Assembly: GCA_043803405.1 (NCBI GenBank)
Contig: JAZDKB010000001.1
Span: 1-58,824 of the forward strand
DNA: 58,824 nt
Source: Spirochaetota bacterium
GTDB lineage: Bacteria > Spirochaetota > UBA4802 > JAFGDQ01
Reading direction: 5' to 3'
Shown: positions 1 through 8,339 of the stretch, piece by piece
Layout: every line of letters starts with the position of its first letter
Numbering within the stretch: the stretch's first letter is position 1
Translations under genes and position numbers: made by a program
The notes under the pieces: model-generated
Told to the model about the DNA's origin: nothing
The model's input: the letters and a program-made list of their open reading frames with translations, nothing else
Database searches by the model: none

Positions 1-1
1 G

Positions 2-109
2 TATCTGGCAATAACAAATATATCCAGAAAATGGACAAGGCCTATTGTCGAATGGGGGCTTGCATTGAATCAGTTTGCTATACATTTTGGAGATAGAGTG
101 AATATCTAA
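2..109 (+). mobile_element. 3' end of IS256-family (Mutator-like) transposase, truncated by window edge
   Basis: Frame +2 reads YLAITNISRKWTRPIVEWGLALNQFAIHFGDRVNI*, matching the typical IS256 transposase C-terminus (LYLA...KW.MP...W..ALN.F.I.F.DR). Not in the ORF track. Confidence 0.85.
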
Positions 110-114
110 TATCT

Positions 115-140
115 GTTTACACAAAAAATATTACACTCTC
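115..140. mobile_element. IS256-family right terminal inverted repeat
   Basis: GTTTACACAAAAAATATTACACTCTC just after the transposase stop. Reverse complement GAGAGTGTAATATTTTTTGTGTAAAC resembles IS256-family ends. Confidence 0.8.
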
Positions 141-463
141 CATTTTTCCAGATGCAGACTGGGAAAATCCATGCCCGGAACGAGGAAGTCGGCCGAAAAT
201 CAGCCGGCGAGCTGGTACGGAAGGGCAAATTCCTGTCTGTCTATGGCAAATTTCCTGCCCGGGATCAGGAAACCATCTGAAAAACGGATAGTAATTAATA
301 TTCCTCTGACTGCCGGATGTAAAAAAATCCTTTACTGTACACATTCCCCGGCTAACAACAAGCTGGACTGACATTTTTTATTAAAAACGATTTGGCCTAT
401 TTGAAAAGCGAAGATTATTTTTTTGCATTGCTAAAAAAGAACACGTAATGTATATTTGTTTAT

Positions 464-706
464 ATGCATGAATATTACTTTACTGAATATTTCGAAAAGG
501 AAGTCTTAAGAAAACGTCCGTATATTAAAAAAGAATGGTGCATTCAGGTTTGTGAAAATCCATTGAAAGTTGAACTTCAAGAAAATAATCGTTTTAGATT
601 TTGGGGTAAAATTAAAGAACTTGAAGATCGTATCCTTAGAGTGATTACTTTAATGGACAAAAAGACAATACATAATGCTTTTCCTGACAGGAGATTTAAA
701 TTATGA
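464..706 (+). CDS. Small RelE/BrnT-like (DUF4258-type) putative toxin
   Basis: 80 aa basic protein with R.RFWG...RILRVI...TIHNAFPDR. ATGA overlap with the downstream DUF2283-like gene. Confidence 0.65.
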   Translation: MHEYYFTEYFEKEVLRKRPYIKKEWCIQVCENPLKVELQENNRFRFWGKIKELEDRILRVITLMDKKTIHNAFPDRRFKL

Positions 707-921
707 AATTAAATTACTACAAAGAAACAGATTCGCTTTATATTGATTTATCATCAAAAACGAGCACAGATAGCCAAGAAATATCTGAAGGTATAGTTTT
801 AGACTATGATACTGAAGGTAATATTGTCGGAATCGACATTGATAATGCAAGTAAGAAAGTCGATTTAAAAGAAGTAATCCTAAGTAAAATTCCAGCTGAC
901 CTCGAATCATTAACTGCCTAA
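703..921 (+). CDS. DUF2283-family protein, putative antitoxin
   Basis: MKLNYYKETDSLYIDL...EISEGIVLDYD.EGNIVGIDI, the characteristic DUF2283 pattern. Acidic, 72 aa. Confidence 0.8.
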   Translation: MKLNYYKETDSLYIDLSSKTSTDSQEISEGIVLDYDTEGNIVGIDIDNASKKVDLKEVILSKIPADLESLTA

Positions 922-1109
922 ATAAACAATAATTATCACTTGGGACGGATGAGTCTGCCGGGTAATTTAAAAGCTAAATGTTCAACATTTGTTCCAGCCG
1001 GATACTTTCTCGTATCTGGAATGTAAAGTGCGCATTAATTCATTCAAAGCCTTTGTGTATCTGAAAGTCAGTGCTGTGACCCGCAAGTACTGCTGAACAG
1101 TCAGATAAT

Positions 1110-1152
1110 TCCCATTCCTCCTTGCAAAGGGGGAATGGGCCGGTGATTAGGG
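1110..1152. repeat. GC-rich palindrome (CCCATTCCTCCTTGCAAAGGGGGAATGGG...TTAGGGG), REP-like family also seen at 23335 and 58675
   Basis: Imperfect hairpin in intergenic AT-rich DNA. Confidence 0.4.
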
Positions 1153-1488
1153 GTCTTAGCGTAAAAGCTGAGGTCTATAATGCCTCTATCTATAAAAACA
1201 CCCAATCAATTTTTTTTGCTTGACTTATTGGATTGTTTAATTACTGTCTTAAACCTAACAGCAACAAATATATTTTTTTATTTTTTAAAAGATTTGCCGG
1301 TATTCCGGTTTAATCAAAAAAAATGCACAAGCTTCTTAAAAAAGAGGCGCTTCTTTAAACTAAAATCAAATTTCATCTTTATCAATATTTAGCATTAAAT
1401 TTGTTTAATTTAAAGAAGAAAAATTTTGCCTAATTTTTTGAAGCAACTAAATGCATCACAAATTAAAAATTTATTTGGAGGTAGTATC

Positions 1489-2775
1489 ATGAGGTTAAAA
1501 GCTTTATTAGTGGCAGCAATATTTGCCATCTGCATAATGGGATTCTACGCACCAGCACAAGCGGCTGACGGTGTAACTCCGTATGCTACAGTACATATCT
1601 GGGCCGGTTATCAAAAAACAACTGCTCCGTTGAACCCAGGAATCGGCCACCAGGACACAGACTTTCAATTGGGTCAGGCTGATACAATTGCTACAAACTT
1701 CGGTATTAAAGGCGAAAAAAACGGCGCAAAAGTTGTAGCTGAAGTCGGAGTTGCATCAGAGTATTTAGCAACCCCAAGTGATAGCGGTGCCACTTATGCA
1801 GGCGGTTTCAGATTCAGCCCAAGACACGTTTACGGAGAATATACATTTGCCGGAACAGTAAACCTGTTATTCGGACAAACAATTGCTCCTTATAGCGGCC
1901 AAAACCTGAACGATGCAGGCAATGTACAGATTATGGCATGCGACGGTGCTTCATACGACAACTGGCAGCAGCAAATAAGACTTTCAGCATTTGGCGCTTA
2001 CTTCCAGATCATGAAACCTTACACAAGCAATGCACTTGGATTTACTACAGCTGAAAATCAGCCTACAGGCAATGGTTCTTCCGCTGCTAATTTAAGTAAT
2101 GGAGTTCAAAGCTCAAATACTAACAATGATGTATTAATCCCAAAAGTAGCTCTAGGATACATCTTTAAAACAGACGCTTTCAGCGTTGGCGTACACGGTG
2201 TAGTTCAGAAATACTCTGTTAAAACACCTCACAGCACAGCTGCCGGTGCTCCAACTGATGAGTATGAAATTTTAGCTTATGTTGGAAACGCAACATTCAA
2301 AGGCAACTTCGGTCCTCTAGGCGTTCATCTTCATGGCTTCTATGGCCAGAACACAGGCGACCTTGGTTTCTATACACATAACGGAAACCCGAAAGGATTA
2401 CCGACTGCAGGGAACAACAGAGCGCAAAGAAGTAAAAATGCAGCTGGTACATCTACTTACGATGTTGAAGATACTAAAGTATACGGCGGAAACGCTGGTT
2501 TAAGCTATGCGCTTGGAATGGTTAAATTCAGCGGCGGCGTTGGTTATGAAAAAGATGAGAATGATATGATTGGTAGAACAACCTCAAATACAGGCGAAGG
2601 CGCAGATGATTTCTTATCTTACTTCGTAAACGCACAGATAAGCATTGAGCAGAACTTCTCAATAATCCCATCCTTTAAATGCATTAATTACAGAGAAAAA
2701 ATTACTCAGACTACAAGCAGCAAAGATGAAGGAAAGAGATATTTATATGGCGTTCTTTTCAGAGCAAGCATATAA
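1489..2775 (+). CDS. Exported, probable porin-like outer-membrane beta-barrel protein
   Basis: GGAGG RBS before ATG 1489 (the track's 1426 start is likely too early). Signal peptide ends in AQA. Gly/Asn/aromatic-rich amphipathic strands, C-terminal strand YLYGVLFRASI, strong terminator. Confidence 0.65.
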   Translation: MRLKALLVAAIFAICIMGFYAPAQAADGVTPYATVHIWAGYQKTTAPLNPGIGHQDTDFQLGQADTIATNFGIKGEKNGAKVVAEVGVASEYLATPSDSGATYAGGFRFSPRHVYGEYTFAGTVNLLFGQTIAPYSGQNLNDAGNVQIMACDGASYDNWQQQIRLSAFGAYFQIMKPYTSNALGFTTAENQPTGNGSSAANLSNGVQSSNTNNDVLIPKVALGYIFKTDAFSVGVHGVVQKYSVKTPHSTAAGAPTDEYEILAYVGNATFKGNFGPLGVHLHGFYGQNTGDLGFYTHNGNPKGLPTAGNNRAQRSKNAAGTSTYDVEDTKVYGGNAGLSYALGMVKFSGGVGYEKDENDMIGRTTSNTGEGADDFLSYFVNAQISIEQNFSIIPSFKCINYREKITQTTSSKDEGKRYLYGVLFRASI

Positions 2776-2806
2776 CGCATAGTAACATATTTACTCAGCA
2801 AAACAC

Positions 2807-2845
2807 AAAAGCGCGGATTACCTAAGGTAATTCGCGCTTTTTTTT
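2807..2845 (+). terminator. Rho-independent terminator
   Basis: AAAAGCGCGGATTACC-TAA-GGTAATTCGCGC followed by a T run. Confidence 0.85.
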
Positions 2846-2965
2846 ATTTAGTATCAACAATCAATAAATGTCATTAATTTACAAACAGATTCGCTGCAAT
2901 TGGCTTGATTATTTTTACAAGTAATAGTAAATTGGAATAAACTAATTATTTTGATGAGGTATAAA

Positions 2966-3170
2966 ATGAACCAGATTATTATTGATACAAGAGTGATCAA
3001 AGGGAATGTAAAAATGCCGAATATCCCTCTAAAAGATAATACTGAAGTAAAAGTCATTGTTGTTCCAAAAGCCATCTTATCAAAAATGTCCTAAAAAATC
3101 AAGACAGCTCACTAAATCAATAAGAGGCAATTTAGCGGATGATATTATTTCTGAAAGAAACGAAAGATGA
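2966..3170 (+). pseudogene. Frameshifted antitoxin (VapB partner) pseudogene
   Basis: GAGG RBS, then MNQIIIDTRVIKGNVKMPNIPLKDNTEVKVIVVPK..., which stops at 3092-3094. It continues in another frame as KSRQLTKSIRGNLADDIISERNER*, ending in an ATGA overlap with the PIN gene. Confidence 0.65.
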
Positions 3171-3615
3171 ACTTATTTTTAGATACCAGCGCGCTCTTAA
3201 AATTATATCATGATGAAGAAGGAACAGAAAAATTACTGGATTTCTTAAATAAAGAACAAACAAACTTATTTTTAACTATCTCCGATTTAAATCTCATAGA
3301 ACTTCATTCTGCTTTGTTAAAACGAGTGAGAACGAGAGAAATATAACTCGATTCTGTACTAAAAATTTTTAAAAATTTTCAAAAAGATACGGATTTTATG
3401 AATGTTACTGAGATTGATAAATCGATAAAAAATCTTGCGATAGATTTATTAAATCAATATTCTTCAAAAATTACTTTTTATTAGACGCACTTCAACTTTC
3501 ATCCGCAATTATCTCAAATAATTATTTTAAAATAGATTATTTTATTGCTGCCGACCAAAGACTTCTGGATGTGGCAAAATTATTCTTTAAAATCTACAAT
3601 CCTGTTGTAAAGTAA
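3167..3615 (+). pseudogene. vapC: VapC/PIN-domain toxin pseudogene
   Basis: N-terminal PIN motif MNLFLDTSALLKLYHDEEGTE. In-frame TAA at 3344-3346. Frameshift near 3475-3481 before LDALQLSSA...FIAADQRLLDVAK...NPVVK*. Confidence 0.85.
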
Positions 3616-3955
3616 GTGAAAATTTGGCTTTCGTACCTTTACAGTGATCGGTTATTCATTTGCTGCAATTCGTGCCTGTGCTTTCTATATATATAAAATA
3701 TTGCCAAAAATATAAAACTTGCAAAAAAAAATGCTAATATTACTTTATGGTCTAAGAAGTAATTTAAATCTATCTTTACAATACAGCTTACATTTAACTC
3801 AAAAGTGCATAGAATCAATACATTAACTGAAAAAATGAATACTTTATTTTAATCTGTTTTTACAGCTAATTTATTCCTGCTCTTTTGGTTCAGGTTGTAT
3901 TCTTTAAAACAAGTTTAATAATTTAAAAATAATTTCAGGAGGTTTCCAAATCACA

Positions 3956-6541
3956 ATGAATTTCTTAAAACGTACATCATTGTTGTTGGGTTTTGTTCTG
4001 CTTACTGCAGTGCAAGTATACGCCAGCGAAGCCGATCTTGCTATTCCGGATCTTCACGCAGGCAGTTACAATTTATTCGGCGGAACAATATCCGCATGGC
4101 AGCTGCTGTTCTACGGAGCATTAGTTATTGCCGGAACACTGGGAATAAGCTTGTTCCAGTTCTTTATGATTAAAAAAATCAAAGCGCACGAATCAATGCT
4201 GAAAGTTGCGCAGATTATCTACAAAACATGCAGCACTTATCTTATTCAGCAAGGCAAGTTCCTTCTAATGCTGTTCTGCTTTATAGCAATCGCTATGGCA
4301 TTTTATTTCCTGGTGCTTAAAGGCGAACGCGTCCCGGTTCTTATTCAGGTTCTATTGTTCTCCGTTATAGGTATGGGAGGATCATACTGCGTTGCATGGT
4401 ACGGCATAAGAGTCAATACGTATGCCAACGCACGTACAGCTTTTGCTTCACTTGCAGGCAAACCATGGGACGTTGTTAATATCCCGCTGCGCGCAGGCAT
4501 GAGCGTTGGTCTTTTCCTTATTTCCCTTGAGCTTGTAATGATGGTTATTATTCTGCTTTTTGTTCCGCGTGAAATCGTAGGCTACTGCTTCCTCGGATTT
4601 GCGATCGGTGAATCTCTTGGCGCATCAGCGCTCAGAATTGCAGGTGGTATCTTCACAAAGATAGCGGACATAGGCTCCGACCTTATGAAGATTGTTTTCA
4701 AAGTAAAAGAAGACGATCCGCGTAACCCGGGCGTTATTGCAGACTGTACAGGTGACAATGCCGGTGACAGCGTAGGCCCAACTGCAGACGGTTTCGAAAC
4801 ATACGGAGTAACAGGCGTTGCTCTGATATCTTTCATAACTCTTGCAATCACAGTTCCCGACATAGTCGGCAGAATGGACATTGCCGGAATACTTGCCAAA
4901 GCAGGCTTTGCAGGCGTAGGCAACGAAGTTGTTAACGCGATTGCCACAACTTTCCAGGCAGAACTCCAGTCCAAACTGATAGTCTGGATATTCGCAATGA
5001 GATTCCTGATGGACTTCTTCTCCGGTATCTCGTACTTTGTAAACCAGGCAATTTCAACTGCAAAATATGCAGGCAAAAAAGAGTTCGATTTTGAAGAGCC
5101 TTTAATGAGACTTATCTGGATTGCTGCAATACTTTGCATAAGCACATCGTTCTTTATGAGCAATCTGCTTTTAGGCAACCTTGACCTTACATTGTCTGCC
5201 CAGGCATTACAGGCAGTCGGCGTAAAAGGCGCTGTTAGTGCAATCACATTCATTCAGTATCCGGGTATCTGGTGGAAAATGGCAATGATAATAAGCTGCG
5301 GAACACTGGCAGCGGTTCTCATACCGGAATTCACAAAAATATTCACAAGTGCAAAATCAAAACATGTAGCCGAAATTGTTACAGCCACAAGAGAAGGCGG
5401 AGCATCCCTCACAATCCTTTCAGGTATTGTTGCAGGTAACTTCAGCGCTTTCTGGATTGGTATGCTGATTGCAGGCTTAATGACAGGCGCTTATGTTACA
5501 AGCATGTTTGGACTTGGAGATGTTATGGGCCCGTACGCGTCAATATTTGCATTCGGTCTTGTTGCATTCGGTTTCCTTTGCATGGGACCTGTAAACATCG
5601 CAGTAGACAGTTACGGCCCTGTAACGGACAACGCACAGTCAATATTTGAGCTTTCTCAGATTGAAACAATTCCAAATATTAAACAGCAAATAAAGAAAGA
5701 CTTCGGATTTGAACCGGATTTTGAACTTGGAAAACACTTCCTCGAAACAAACGATGGGGCTGGCAACACCTTTAAGGCAACCGCTAAGCCGGTGCTTATC
5801 GGCACTGCAGTTGTAGGAGCTACCACGATGATTTTCGCGATCATCCTGCTGTTAAAGAAAGTCGGTTTCTTAAAGCTGTCTTTAACTGACGCACCGGTTA
5901 TTCTCGGTTTCATCTGCGGCGGCGCTGTTATATTCTGGTTTGCAGGCGCTTCTATGCAGGCTGTTACAACAGGTGCTTACCGTGCAGTCGAGTTTATAAA
6001 GAAAAATATGGATTTAAGCAAAAAAGAAGCTGATCTGGAAGACTCCAAGACAGTCGTCAGGATATGCACTCAATACGCTCAGAAAGGTATGTGGAATATC
6101 TTTATTGCATTGATGGCTATGACTCTTGCATTTGCATTCGTAGATCCGAATTTCTTCGTAGCATACCTTATTTCCATAGCATGCTTCGGTCTGTTCCAGG
6201 CAATCTACATGGCAAACGCCGGCGGAGCTTGGGACAATGCAAAAAAAGTTGTTGAAGTTGACCTTAAAGAAAAAGGCACAGAACTCCATGCAGCAACAGT
6301 CATTGCTGATACAGTCGGCGACCCGTTCAAGGATACATCATCTGTATCAATGAACCCGATCATCAAGTTCTCCACACTTTTTGGTCTGCTGGCAACTGAA
6401 ATCGCGATTGAGATGAAAATGCACGCGATATCCACAAAATCAGTTGATTATACAATGATTATCGCAGTACCGATTTTCATTATCGGACTCTTCTTTGTAT
6501 ACAGATCTTTCTTTGGAATGAGGATTCCGCCGAAAGATTAA
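3956..6541 (+). CDS. hppA: Membrane-bound ion-translocating pyrophosphatase, K+-independent type
   Basis: Motifs GGIFTKIADIGSDL, EDDPRNPGVIAD.TGDNAGD, DSYGPVTDNA, GNTFKA (Lys at the K+-independence position), GGAWDNAKK and DTVGDPFKD. Many TM helices. Confidence 0.95.
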   Translation: MNFLKRTSLLLGFVLLTAVQVYASEADLAIPDLHAGSYNLFGGTISAWQLLFYGALVIAGTLGISLFQFFMIKKIKAHESMLKVAQIIYKTCSTYLIQQGKFLLMLFCFIAIAMAFYFLVLKGERVPVLIQVLLFSVIGMGGSYCVAWYGIRVNTYANARTAFASLAGKPWDVVNIPLRAGMSVGLFLISLELVMMVIILLFVPREIVGYCFLGFAIGESLGASALRIAGGIFTKIADIGSDLMKIVFKVKEDDPRNPGVIADCTGDNAGDSVGPTADGFETYGVTGVALISFITLAITVPDIVGRMDIAGILAKAGFAGVGNEVVNAIATTFQAELQSKLIVWIFAMRFLMDFFSGISYFVNQAISTAKYAGKKEFDFEEPLMRLIWIAAILCISTSFFMSNLLLGNLDLTLSAQALQAVGVKGAVSAITFIQYPGIWWKMAMIISCGTLAAVLIPEFTKIFTSAKSKHVAEIVTATREGGASLTILSGIVAGNFSAFWIGMLIAGLMTGAYVTSMFGLGDVMGPYASIFAFGLVAFGFLCMGPVNIAVDSYGPVTDNAQSIFELSQIETIPNIKQQIKKDFGFEPDFELGKHFLETNDGAGNTFKATAKPVLIGTAVVGATTMIFAIILLLKKVGFLKLSLTDAPVILGFICGGAVIFWFAGASMQAVTTGAYRAVEFIKKNMDLSKKEADLEDSKTVVRICTQYAQKGMWNIFIALMAMTLAFAFVDPNFFVAYLISIACFGLFQAIYMANAGGAWDNAKKVVEVDLKEKGTELHAATVIADTVGDPFKDTSSVSMNPIIKFSTLFGLLATEIAIEMKMHAISTKSVDYTMIIAVPIFIIGLFFVYRSFFGMRIPPKD

Positions 6542-6570
6542 CGAAAGAAAATCATTCGTTTTCGTATTTC

Positions 6571-6603
6571 AAAAAAGGCGTCTTTTATTAAGACGCCTTT
6601 TTT
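6571..6603 (+). terminator. Rho-independent (bidirectional-type) terminator
   Basis: AAAAAAGGCGTCTT-TTATT-AAGACGCCTTTTTT. Confidence 0.85.
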
Positions 6604-6695
6604 ATTTAAAACGCATACTGAAACGCATACCCGGCATAGTTATATCTCCGTATTAAAAGAGCAAATCCATCCTCAAAGAAAATATAATATATCAA

Positions 6696-6723
6696 TTGAC
6701 ATATCTATAATTTATGCTATAGT
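6696..6723 (+). promoter_or_regulatory. Putative sigma70 promoter of the vWA gene
   Basis: TTGACA-16 bp-TATAGT with TG extended -10. Confidence 0.5.
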
Positions 6724-6789
6724 TTGACACATATTCAACCGATAATTTAAAGTACTTATCTTCTATACATATCCATGGAGGGCCGGACT

Positions 6790-7992
6790 TTGAATAAAAA
6801 AATAATATTTAAAATATCAAAAAAAATATTTATTCCCCTCTTGACCGCAGTATTCTTTACAGTAAATTTATTCAACAACCAGATACTAAAAGCCAGCAAC
6901 GAAAAAGACCTTATCCTGATTGTCGACACATCATTAACCATGGCAGGATACGGTACCGGAAGCTCAAATATACTGCCCCAGGTTAAAAAAAGCCTGCCGC
7001 AGTTCATTGAGCAACTGGACAGCGATGACAGCATTACATTAATAACATTCGATACCGATATAAAAATTTATCCAACGATCTATATTGACGACAAAAAAAA
7101 CAAAGATAGCCTTATTGAATATATAAAAAACATAAAAGCTACAGGTGCATGGACATATACAAGCCAGATGATGAAAACAGCTTTTCAGAAAGCGCAGGAA
7201 CTTGAAGCAAAAAATAAAAAAAGACAACAGGTCATTGTTATAATGACAGATGCTATCGACGACCCGCCTCCGGGCAAACGCGCCGACAGGTTAAACATAA
7301 AACAAATAGGAAAAAATTATAAGGACAAAGACTGGTTTATATTTTTTGTAAATTTTGGGGAAGCTCTTAAATCCAATCCCCAGCTTGCCAAAATGCAGAA
7401 AGAACTAACTGCAGATGTTACAAAATACACAAAAGTAATTGAGACTAATGCCGGACAGGCAAAAAAAACCGATAAAATGACAGGAAAAACAACCCTGTAT
7501 ACCGGGGAAAAAGGCATTCAAAAGAGTATTGAGAAAGATTTATCTGAAAATATTAAGAATATGGAAGATAAAAAAGACGGTAAAGGCGGTTTTCCTTATA
7601 AAATACTCATAATTGCATTATTAATTATTGCTATCGTGCTGGCTGTTTTATACTATTTTAAAAATTATTCAAAACTCAGAGTAACAGGTAAATTAGAATA
7701 CTGGGATCATACTATGATAAGCCCGTATTTTGAAAAGTTCGATCTTACAAAACAGGATGCAAAAGAAATACTGGTCGGCACAAAAACTTCATGTAATTTG
7801 ACAATACGCGATATAGAAATAACAGATCCCTTTAAAATTACTGCAATAAAAGTTAATGGTGAAGTAAAAAATGCATTGCAGGCCGGCAAAGGCTACGCAA
7901 TCGAATACGCGAACAGAGATCCCGAAGGTTATTTAAAAAACGGGGATATGTTTAAAATTGCAAACTATACTTTTAAATATTCAGAAACATAG
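6790..7992 (+). CDS. Membrane-anchored vWA (MIDAS) domain protein with C-terminal cytoplasmic beta (FHA-like) domain
   Basis: N-terminal hydrophobic segment. MIDAS-like DTSLT...T...MTD. TM helix ILIIALLIIAIVLAVLYYF. C-terminal LKNGDMFKIANYTFKY. GGAGG RBS favours TTG 6790. Confidence 0.75.
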   Translation: MNKKIIFKISKKIFIPLLTAVFFTVNLFNNQILKASNEKDLILIVDTSLTMAGYGTGSSNILPQVKKSLPQFIEQLDSDDSITLITFDTDIKIYPTIYIDDKKNKDSLIEYIKNIKATGAWTYTSQMMKTAFQKAQELEAKNKKRQQVIVIMTDAIDDPPPGKRADRLNIKQIGKNYKDKDWFIFFVNFGEALKSNPQLAKMQKELTADVTKYTKVIETNAGQAKKTDKMTGKTTLYTGEKGIQKSIEKDLSENIKNMEDKKDGKGGFPYKILIIALLIIAIVLAVLYYFKNYSKLRVTGKLEYWDHTMISPYFEKFDLTKQDAKEILVGTKTSCNLTIRDIEITDPFKITAIKVNGEVKNALQAGKGYAIEYANRDPEGYLKNGDMFKIANYTFKYSET

Positions 7993-8167
7993 CCGTTTTT
8001 ATCAGCTATTTATACCACGGTATCCGGTACAAAGATGTATCTTGTATATTTGATTCAACATATTATTATTTTTTTGATGAATTCGGACAACATAATACAA
8101 AATTTATATTTCCGCATTCCGGCAGGATATAAAATATAATTTTTTTAAAATAATTTTAAATAGAAAC

Positions 8168-8196
8168 TTGACAACTAATATAACTTTAAGTAAATT
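8168..8196 (+). promoter_or_regulatory. Putative sigma70 promoter of cfpA
   Basis: TTGACA-17 bp-TAAATT upstream of a strong AAGGAGG RBS. Confidence 0.5.
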
Positions 8197-8339
8197 TATA
8201 CGATTAAGTTGTAAGAGATTTTGTATAAAGCCAAAAAGACAGATAAAAAACTGATTTTCACGCTTAGCCTTTTGGCCGCAACATATTTCTATAATCAAGA
8301 AAAAAAATGATCACAACAGAAAAATAAGGAGGTTTACAT

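Noticed and set aside
940..1110. Hairpins (CCGGATAC/GTATCTGG; TATCTGA/TCAGATA) as ncRNA or riboswitch
   Set aside because: No recognisable family motif and far from the next start codon. Insufficient support without an Rfam search.
1180..1392. Short ORFs in AT-rich intergenic DNA (1180-1392, 8104-8298, 36605-36793, 45786-45998, 2854-3075)
   Set aside because: Low-complexity Phe/Lys/Ile composition and no RBS. Some overlap better-supported features on the other strand.
4582..5253. 223-aa antisense ORF and the many other ORFs nested in or opposite long genes (e.g. 22308-22955, 57006-57665, 50329-50856)
   Set aside because: Shadow frames of well-supported genes, with no RBS or recognisable motifs.
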